This document shows, one piece after another, positions 51,160-61,021 of a stretch of 64,000 nucleotides of DNA. This DNA is from Dicyema japonicum (lineage: Eukaryota; Animalia; Dicyemida). Position numbers and translations under genes: made by a program. Position 1 is the stretch's first letter. Each line of letters opens with the position of its first letter. The notes under the pieces are model-generated. The model was not told the origin of the DNA, did not search any database, and saw nothing but the letters and a program-made list of their open reading frames with translations. The DNA lies in assembly GCA_011109175.1 (NCBI GenBank), contig RDEW01000002.1, positions 1,244,676 to 1,308,675 on the forward strand. Reading direction: 5' to 3'.

Positions 51160-51609
51160 TAATTACTCCTTTATTTTTAAGTTTTTATGGTTTATTATTT
51201 CACTCACAAAATATTAATAAAGTCAAATGGCTTCCAGCCTACAACAAGAGTTACCCTTCATGTTCTGTAAAGCCATTCTAGACTCCAATTCATTATATTT
51301 ATAAATTTAGATTTTGAAGTTAGATAACTGTTATTCAAATACTGAAATTGATGTATTTTTTCACATGTGGTAATGCCCATCTTTATGATAATGTCCCTTT
51401 ATAAGCATAATATATTGTGCTTTAATGAATAAATAGAATTGTAAGCGAATCTGTAAATTTTACAATTGTAAATAACAGAGTGACAATAAATCAACAGACC
51501 AATTATACTGAGACCTAAAATAGTGTGAAAAAGTAATGTGGGAATGGTGATCGTTATGAACTTTATCTGATTAATTATAAAGTCCAACTATTACGTTTTA
51601 ATAAATGAT

Positions 51610-52219
51610 ATGGAAAGCCAACCACGAACTCAGAGTTTACAAGTATATTTATTAAAGGCTAAAACTAAAAATTTAATAATGGATAGAAATTTAAAAAACT
51701 CACAAAAGACAGATGAACGTTCAATAAAGATAAGGGAAAGAGAACTTGACCGTGACTTTGTGAGTACAGAGAATAAATTAAGACAACTACAATCAAATAG
51801 GAATGAAAATAAGTAGAAATGTTCATTAATTTTAGAATTGATAAAGATAATTATAATACTATAAAAACTAAAGTTGACAAATTCAAACTAATCATTTAGT
51901 GGAGGGATGAGACTAATAAATTGGAAGAGATTATTGACAAGATATGTTTGAATATTAATCAAAATAATATAGTATTTGAAATATAAGTAATTAGACAAAT
52001 AAAATATACCCAGAGAGATATATTATAAAGTCAATTAAACATAGTAATAAAGATGATAAGTTTATTTACGACTCATCTATGCAAGCCATTTGGGAATCAA
52101 AGAAAAACAGTGATGAATCCACGCAAATAAAGTCCTTTAAAGGAGTGGTTGAGAAAGTAAATAAATTAAAAATTGGTCGCATAAAGAAACTCATATTGAA
52201 AGGGTCCCATGTGAAATGA
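51610..52219 (+). CDS. Hypothetical charged/coiled-coil protein (~4 tiny introns)
   Basis: 23-27 nt GT-AG introns remove in-frame stops; one indel needed near 52028. Confidence 0.55.
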
Positions 52220-52329
52220 TGACCTAATAATAAAACTAACTTTAATTCCCTGGGTGTTTAATTAACATTATTTAAATAAAATAATACGTAAATAACTGTT
52301 TAAATAGTGAAAATTGGTTAAATAAGAAT

Positions 52330-52587
52330 ATGGCGGGTAGAAAAGGAAATAAAAGGTAATTGTAATATTTTGAAAGGAGTCGATCCCCTGACAATCAATA
52401 TATATTTGGTGGACAGCGGTATGTTTGTTTATATTATATTTAGAAGTAATAAATATTATTAATAATAGATTATGAAAGTACTACATACATGCTATTTGGA
52501 GGACTTATTACTATAGGACTACTAATACTTCTATATTTCATGCACTGCAGGGAAATGATAGTTCTACCTTTCTTTAATTGTGACTAA
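52330..52587 (+). CDS. Small single-TM protein (62 aa) with a putative 2-nt micro-exon
   Basis: Introns 52356-52376, 52419-52443 and 52446-52468 give MAGRKGNKRSRSPDNQYIFGGQRNYESTTYMLFGGLITIGLLILLYFMHCREMIVLPFFNCD*. Confidence 0.65.
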
Positions 52588-52779
52588 CATATTCATTTAT
52601 ACTAACCATTCATTATTACATTAAACCATATGATCAAATAACTATTGGTTGTTAGATTTATTATGCTCATAACAATGCTTGGAACAACAATAAAACAAAT
52701 TCTTTTTGCATAATCCTCACATTCGACCATTTAATTTATTACCACAGAATACAAATAAGTTCCCATTATTGCAGAAGCA

Positions 52780-53035
52780 GATAAACCTTCCAAAAGTCCA
52801 TGTAGAACTGTGGGAAATGGAAAAAGGAACCAGTCCTTATAGTCATGAGAAAATGGTAATCTTCACCAGTGGATTTGGTACCTTTCAACTGTGTCTTGCC
52901 GAAAGGATTCGTCTCCTCACGGATGGAATCTAGCTGACGAAAATTTACCTTAATTGAAAAGTACATCTATCAGATTCTAACCAACAACTGTCAGATCCGA
53001 TGTCATCAGACGTTATGTTCAGCAAAGAAGGCCTT
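52780..53035 (-). mobile_element. tRNA-derived SINE family 1, diverged copy
   Basis: Similarity to 28930-29142. Confidence 0.6.
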
Positions 53036-53147
53036 ACCCTTGTTTAAGGACATTATTGTTTATTTGAGAAAGTATTAAATTAATATCTATTTAATATATT
53101 TAAATAAAATATAAATTATTTAAATAAAGTTCCTCACGTGCGGAAAT

Positions 53148-54950
53148 ATGGTTGAAGTGGACAAATATGGTTCTGATTCATCAGATGAAGAAGACGTGAT
53201 TACAACAATTGGTAATGTGCCTATAAAGTGGTATGAGCATCTCGACCATGTCGGATACTCTGTGGAAGGGAATAAAATATTGAAACCTAAAAAGATAGAT
53301 AATGTGGATAATTTGTTGGGTAAAGTGGAGAATAGTGATTATTGGTATTAGTGAATATTAATGAAAGGAGAACTATAAATGATAGTGTAAGTGGTGAGAA
53401 TGTAGTTTTGTCATCAGGAGATATAAACGTAGTAAAAAGTGTATGTTCAGGCAATTCGATTAAAACATATTATAATCCAAAATATTCAAAGGAAGTAAAA
53501 GTAAGTCCTTATGGAAGTATAATTTTATCAAAGAGCAAATTATATAAAGTATATAGTAATATATATTGTTAGAGTAATAATAAAATAAAGAAGGATAAAG
53601 TAAATATTAGATTGTATGATTTATGGAGTAATAATACTAATAATAATAAAACGAATAAAATATTAGATTGTGGTAATGAAGAATCATATAATCCACCAAA
53701 GGAATATTGTAAAGGATATGATAGTCTTTTGAGTGTTGAATCATATGATGATTATATAAAGGACAGATTCAATCGTTTGTTGGATTTGTATTTGTGTGCT
53801 CGACATAAGAAAGTATATTGAATATATAAAATATAGAGGAGTATGTCAGTGAGATTACCACAAATTGCAGATGTATCCCATAAATTTCCATCAAAATTAA
53901 GACAGGTATTATTACTAATAAATAAAGAAATATATTGGTCATGAGGGTGCTGTACGTTGTGTAGGAGTGGACTCTAGTGGATTATTACTGGTGTCTGGTT
54001 CTGATGACAGAACAGTTCGTTTTTGGTGTTTGGAGAGTGGTCGTTGTTTGTCAATAGTGAGATTAAGTGGTGAATGTGTGGATGTGTGTTTTGTTGATCA
54101 TCCAAATGGTAGTTTTGTAACAGCTGTTGTGTAAGTGTTATATTAATTAAAGAGGTGAATCTGTAGAGTTTATATTACCTCCATTTGTTAACTCTAATTG
54201 GGATATTCCATTTAATGATAATAAATATTTTAAATGGATAAGAAAGAGTGGTTCATCATTTATGGAAATTAATAGTTTATCATTAATATCCAAATGTGTA
54301 TGGCATAATAAATATGATTATTTTGTTACTGTTCATCCAAAACAGGACTCACAAAGTCTGGCTGTACATCAATTATCCAAAGGTATTTCACAATTTCTGT
54401 TTCGTCGATCAAAAGGATTTATTATTAATGTCTCCTTTCATTCTCTATATTTATTTATTCTGGTTTATTTATTTTTTATTATTTAGACTAAACAATCTGT
54501 ACTTGTTTATAATCTTATTAAACAATCATTCGTTCATAAATATGTCTCTTCACTCTGGCTATCATCTTTCTCATTACATCCACATTCTACACATTTTATT
54601 CTTGGTTCTCAAGATGGCCGTATTCTTTGCTTTGATTCTCTATTTCATCATAAACCATACAAAACATTATTGTAGTCTTTATATTAGTATTTAGTCATCA
54701 TCACAAATCTGTTTTATCACTCCACTTTCATACTGTATATCCCTTGGTTGCTTCTGCTTCTGCTGATCAATCCATTCTAATATTTAATATTATTCAGTAT
54801 TCTTTATTATTATTTATTAGTGATTCTAATATTATTCCACTCAAAATACTAACTGGACATTCTCTTCAAGTTAATCAATGTCTTTTTCATCCTATTCATC
54901 CATGGATTATCACATGCTCTCATGATTCTCTTATTCATTTATATACTTGA
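53148..54950 (+). CDS. BOP1: Ribosome biogenesis protein BOP1/Erb1 (8 tiny introns)
   Basis: DSSDEED..TIGNVPIKWY..HVGY, EESYNPPKEY, RFNRLLDLYLC, SGSDDRTVRFW, WH.K.DYF and FHPIHPW. Confidence 0.93.
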
Positions 54951-55479
54951 CTTATTAATCTCACAACATAGTCCTTACATAACTTTTAATCCAATTGTAC
55001 ATTTAGAAAAAAAAGGAAATCAAGTTTACATCTTTTTGGATAAGTTCAGTACAATTGAGATAAATGACCTATTTGGTAAGCACAATTTTCTGGAAAAACC
55101 ATTGCGTCATTCTAGATTCACCCTTTCGCTTCCTGCAAGTTCCATCATTCTAGGTTCACTATAAAAATTAACTATGATGAATTTTTTCATTAATCCGTCT
55201 AACTATGGTGACTGTGATGATTAAACCCTTAAATGACAGGGTGAGTTATTAAATTATTCCAAAGACCAAGGATAAAGACAAACTAACTAATTCCTTGATC
55301 CTGACGCGTTCTAGAAGAACCTCCATCCAAGCACGGTGATCCAAAGGACATTATCCGAAAAGCTGAGGTCGATGCCATAGAACGAAATTGTCTATTGGTA
55401 GAATGAATATATGTATCCTTTTGAATGTCGGCCAGTCATTGGGCATCTCTCGAGTAATGTGAATCCAATTTATTTATTT

Positions 55480-56120
55480 TAATAACCCGGGAACACCGAG
55501 AAAAAAGGACAATAAAGTCAAACAGCTAGGTGATCCCAGTCCTCGCAATCAATTGTGCTATTCGACGTCTGTGATCTTCCATTGTCCCCACTATTTTCCG
55601 GAAGAGCCTTCTCTCGGTCTTGCAGAGGAATCCGATCGGGGAGGGGAATTTCTTATCCAATCGGTTTTCTCTTGCCATGGAAAGGATCAGGCGAAGCGGG
55701 TTTCCATCTTCCTCACAGACGCGAAGAAATCTGGAGCCACGACTACGGATCTTAGCTTCCATGAGTAGTGGGTCAACGGAGGCATACTCAACGGCTGGAG
55801 CGATTGTTTGTTGGTAGAGGGTAGAAACAGAAAAGTCCATGTTCCTCGGGGTCCTCCGGACAAGGGCGCGTAAAACGTTAATTTTCTGTAAGACCCTGGT
55901 AATCATGTCTTTTGCGTGGGAGTTGAAATTGAGTAGACTGTCGTACTTGACTCGAAGGAGAGTGGGGGACCTTGTCACTGGAATCCGAGTGGGACCAATA
56001 AAGATACTCGGTTCATCCTTAGAACGACGGTCCGAAGTGAAAGTGGAACAGATGGACTTGGTTGCAGAAATCGTAAAGTCGATTGTCAACAAATCCAATC
56101 GTGGAGAGTGTTCAATGTGA
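55480..56120 (-). mobile_element. LINE 3' fragment
   Basis: KYDSLLNF and VEYAS thumb motifs; A-rich tail. Confidence 0.75.
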
Positions 56121-56215
56121 ATCCAATGACGGTGAATTTAGTGAAAGAATCTATTTATTAATAAATATTATAAGTCTAATAAATTATTATTTCAAATAAT
56201 AAATCATTGTTAGTA

Positions 56216-57474
56216 ATGAAGAAATTTTTCAAAAAGCAAGAAACTAGATCAAATTTGGATCAAATTGGTAAGATTGTGAACTTTTCCACAAACCGTGTGA
56301 CCATTGATGGAATAATTGACCATGGTAATGAAGTATGTATAACATTAAGGGGGATTCTCTGTTATATATTCAGTAAAAGGGAACAAATGCAAGATGGCTC
56401 TGAAGAAAACAAATGTAAGCGATAAAGCTACCTTAGAGAGATGCCAAATGGAAATAAAAGTGATGGTAATTGATTATGTAATCTTAAGAAAGAATGTGTG
56501 CATCCTAATATTGTTCAATTAGTGGAAAGTAGTGTAATCACAATGGATAAATGCTATTCAGTATTTCTGTTGATGGAGCTTTGTCAAAGTATTGATTATT
56601 ATTTACTCAGAGAGTCTGATTAAATTATTGAATGAAAATAAAGAGAAAGGATTATCTGATGTATTCATTTTTAAAATATTTAATGATATTTGCAAAGGAG
56701 TATCTGTTCTCCACAATAATTCAATAATAAACAGAGACATCAAAGTATTACAATTATATCATTTATAGGTGGAAAATGTTCTTTTAAACTCAAGTGGGAA
56801 CTTTGTAATTTGTGACTTTGGTAGTGCTGTCTACGATGTTGGTTACAGAGAGTTGAATTCCACACAGATATTACAATTAAAGGATGAAATAGCAAGGTTG
56901 TCTCTTTATATCACAAAGTGTTACTACTCTTGCCTATAGATCCCCTGAAATGGTTGATCTTTATTGTGGTCATTATATTTCTGTCAAATCAGACATTTGG
57001 GTTTTTATCTCCTTTATTATAGGCTTTGGGATGTCTTCTTTACAAGTTGTGCTTTCTTCAAATGCCTTTTGAAGAAAATAATCTTGCAATCCTATCCGTT
57101 CGCTATTCATTTCCTGGCTTATGTAATCATATTCTAAAGGATATTATTGGTTATCACACTTGCTCATTATTAGATAGTTGTCTAGTCTTCTCCCCCAATG
57201 ACAGACCAACTATTGATATCATTATAGAATCTCTAACAAAAAGAGTAACCCCTACTAAAATAATGGCCAATTCAGTCAAAATTATATTAAATTGTAGACA
57301 AAACAAGTAAAAATACCCGATGACGTGTTTATGTCCGCTCCTTTTCATTATCCAGAATGTCCCTGGCCTTTAGATGAATCAATGTTTTCTGTGGACCAAT
57401 TTGGGGTAAATAACCCATTTTGTGAAGTAAAGCAAGAAAGTGAAGGAATAGTAAATGAATGCTTTACTCATTAA
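56216..57474 (+). CDS. NAK-family (AAK1/BMP2K-like) Ser/Thr kinase (8 tiny introns)
   Basis: GGFSVIY, ALKK, HPNIV, NRDIKVENVL, CDFGSA, TTLAYRSPEMVDLY, SDIWALGCLLYKLCF; C-terminal DVFMSAPF and NPF. Confidence 0.9.
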
Positions 57475-57599
57475 TATAATTTAATATTCTAATCTCTATG
57501 TCTTATGTTATTCAATAAAGCAGAAATTCCTGCATTCCACAGGTGACACATAATTAAAATGGACATTCACATGTTTTGTAATACAATTGTTATTGCAAG

Positions 57600-58150
57600 G
57601 GAACTCATCATTTTCCCATTTAGTCAACCCGTGTTTATTCTTAGCGACTGGAACGTAATGAACTTATTCTCTAATGTCAAGGAGAATTCAGTCGTAAAGG
57701 CACAAAAATGACATTTGTACGAATTAAGTATACAAAGTCCACTAGCCAGAACCCCTTTAACATGATAGAAGTACGATAACAATGTTATTATTTTAGGGTT
57801 TTGTTACAGGACACTGTTGGGAGGAAAACGAGATACTGGTCTTAAAGGGTTAACTCACACTTGTCCTCTGCATCTATTAAATAAATTATCAATCTATAAG
57901 TACATTTTGGGGTTAATTTCGGTGTCGAATAACATTTTAGTATATTTCTGAACACTGAGTCTAAGGCTTTCTGAATGTCCAGCGTAAGTAACAAGTTCCA
58001 AAAATGCTGGACGAGTGACACTGGCTTAAAGAAGTCAAATACGTTGTGGTGGACCGATCTGTTTGAAGTCATGTTAGAATCTGCGGACTGGCAAGTCAAA
58101 AAGGATATTCCACAATACAGGTTGCTCCATGAGACGTGAGAATCAGTACA
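57600..58150 (-). mobile_element. Decayed LINE RT remnant
   Basis: LDIQKALDSV motif. Confidence 0.5.
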
Positions 58151-58682
58151 TCACCAATATATGACGGTAGGAAGGTGCAAAAATAAAAGGTAAAGGATAT
58201 ACTCTCAGATACACCGAGAAGTTACCACACTCACAGAAGCAAAGATCTTTCACTATTACAGGAGCCATACAAACAAACAGAAGAAAACATTATAAAAATG
58301 GGGGAGAGCGTTAAATTAAAAGATATCAATTTGTCTGATGAAAGAATCAAAGATTGTTGTAAACTGATAACATTTTTATAGGCTAAATATGTAAATAACC
58401 TCCTGAGATCAGCACTTCATAATCTAGATATACTCACAATGGGATTCTCACGACGTAGAGACAGTTTATCTTTAAATGGATGAGAAGTTCAAGTTTTTTG
58501 TGTTAAACCAGGAAGGCGTGAAAGTGATATCTTAAAGCGAGCTGTATTGATTCTGTAACCTAATGTTAGTGAAACTTGTGTTAACAATATATTAAAACAA
58601 ATAATTAAGGCAACTGAGGACAATCTCAATAAAGTTAAAATATGATACATAGATTTTCATAATTGTTCTAATGTTGTAGTCT

Positions 58683-58987
58683 TAGGTAGGATGACGCACT
58701 CTCATAAGTGCTGGGCAAAGTCCTGATGCTCCCAGGGTCGAATCTCGTTGATGTACGTTCTGACTGAAGGTTCCACGTATCAACGATGCTTTGGGTATGA
58801 CAAGTGACGCCGTCATCAGTGAATGCTTCACAACGGAACAGGATCGCTTGCAAAAACAAAAAAAGAAGTGAAGAGAAAATTTCTTGACTCTTTTTCAACG
58901 ATTAGTTAATATAACTGTTCTTTACACAAATAAAGTGTGTGTCTATGCGGAGTTAATATTATGGCTCTTGTGAGGCTTCATTATTTA
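58683..58987 (+). mobile_element. tRNA-derived SINE family 2
   Basis: Homologous to 34232-34527; RTE-like 3' end. Confidence 0.75.
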
Positions 58988-59149
58988 CTTGCAGTGATCA
59001 TTTCTACTATATTCTTCACTATTATCTGATTAAACAATAATTGACAGGCTACATCATCATAACTAGTTTTCATGTGGGTCACCTGATCGTAAAGAAAACT
59101 GCCTAAAGTTGTAGTCAATAGACCCAAATTATTTCCCTTACCAACCAAC

Positions 59150-60420
59150 TACCAAATAGTTTGATTGGTATACTAACTGCAGGACGAGCGCCAAGCTACC
59201 ATTCTCAGATTTCTATCCTCCAACAAACCGATAAACGTGATATGCATACTCGTTGTGCTTTACGTTTAGATCATTCTAATACTTCACCAGATATCTCTTT
59301 CTGTTCTCAAAGTATCGCTCTTGACGCTCAATGAGATGTCCTTTATGATAAACCCTGACCATAACTCGATTTTAACCTTAAACCATCAACCTACAAAGAG
59401 GAACATCACGAAGATGTATATAAACTATAAACGTGGAAAGTGAGATTCCTACAAAAACGAGACCAAACGCGTACTCAAAGACTTTTCTCGTGCTTCTTTC
59501 CGCTCTTTTTATGGTGCTGTTGAATTTTTCACAAACTGTCTAATTGCTGCGGACATAAAATTTATTCCCGTGACCTAAACTTCCAACCTGAAATTATTAA
59601 TCTTTTCTAAAAGGAGGATTAAATCATTGAATTCAGATATAATCGAAAATCTTCCTGAAATCAATAAACGACGACCTAAACTTAAAATACAAGACTAATG
59701 AATGGAAATACTTTATTTCTACTTTAAATCATTATAATGGATATCTTTTGGAAAACCTTCGAAAAGATACATTCCAGACAGACCCCTTCAATCCCACTCA
59801 ACTGATCTCTCAAGAAAAAATTGTGTCTTAATCTTCTGTGACCAAGCGAACTTATCAATGAATCATTATGCGAAGATAAGTCACTTTGCTATCCCAAAAT
59901 GACTCCGCTGTAAGAGACCGTATGCTATGAAGTCAACAGACCTTTTCATTATTTCCGCAATCTCCAATTACTCAACTTGTTAACAACTCTCGAATGCAAG
60001 AGGGTCAAAGGTTTTGCCATACATCATCTAAAAGATTTTGACTCCGAATGGACTTGCTTTAACCGATTTAATCGAACACTCAATTAATAAAAAATAGAAA
60101 TCCATAATCATTACTATTTTGAAGCTTAACCGCGACCTTTCTGTTCCTTCTTATCCTATTTTCCTTTTGTCTGTTGTCTCGAAAATTGCTGAATTAGTTT
60201 TACTATTTTTAATCAAATCGTGCCTGTCATTTCCGAATCCCAAACTGGCTTCCGAACTATCATTGGAGTACAACCCATCTTTCCAAACTGAATTAATTTA
60301 TTGCTAATGGATTTAACAATAATAAACCTACGGAAAGAACAATTGTTGGTCGTTCTTCTAATGGACCAAAATCTCATTTCTTTTAACGAAAAGTCATTAA
60401 TAACGCTTTTCACTACAGAC
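59150..60420 (+). mobile_element. Highly decayed LINE (APE/RT) remnant
   Basis: SPDISF, DHN and YPIFLLSVVSKIAE remnants. Confidence 0.55.
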
Positions 60421-60559
60421 CGTCGTCAATTCAACTTGGAACCAACGTTATTTATTAACAAAACTCTCCTTTTCTAAAAATATAGATCTTAGAAAATGTT
60501 TAATTTTCATGTTAATGAGTTAATAAGATGATGTCTAATTCCATTCCACATTTCTGTAT

Positions 60560-60900
60560 TTCATAATAATCCACTTTTTCAGTTGTCCCCAATAACCATG
60601 ACCCAGACCATGAGGAAGTATAATTACTGAGCGTCCACAGAAACTCTCAATTCTATATTGATTGAAAAATTCCTACATAATAAAGGTGCGTGCTGTCATC
60701 TCAACCATACATGTCTAAACAGTCGCCAACATGATTTTACCGATTCCACGTTTATTGACCCGCATTTACCCAGCTTGCAAAAAGTCTCATTTTTATAGCT
60801 TTTGGCCAATAGATACGAACGGTTCTCACAGCTGATTTCTGAAATATCCGTCAAGTTTTAAGATCTGTTTCAAAATTGTCTACATTCCCAAGTTATAGAA
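60560..60900 (-). mobile_element. Decayed RTE 3' fragment
   Basis: IYWPK and WRLFRHV remnants. Confidence 0.45.
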
Positions 60901-61021
60901 AAGAATTAATTATACAAACGAATTTATAACACATTTTGAGATTTAGAGAAGCGCGTTCTCTACGGGTCCAAATGATACACATCTTTTAATTGCAATATGA
61001 GAAATGAATAAGTTGTAAATA

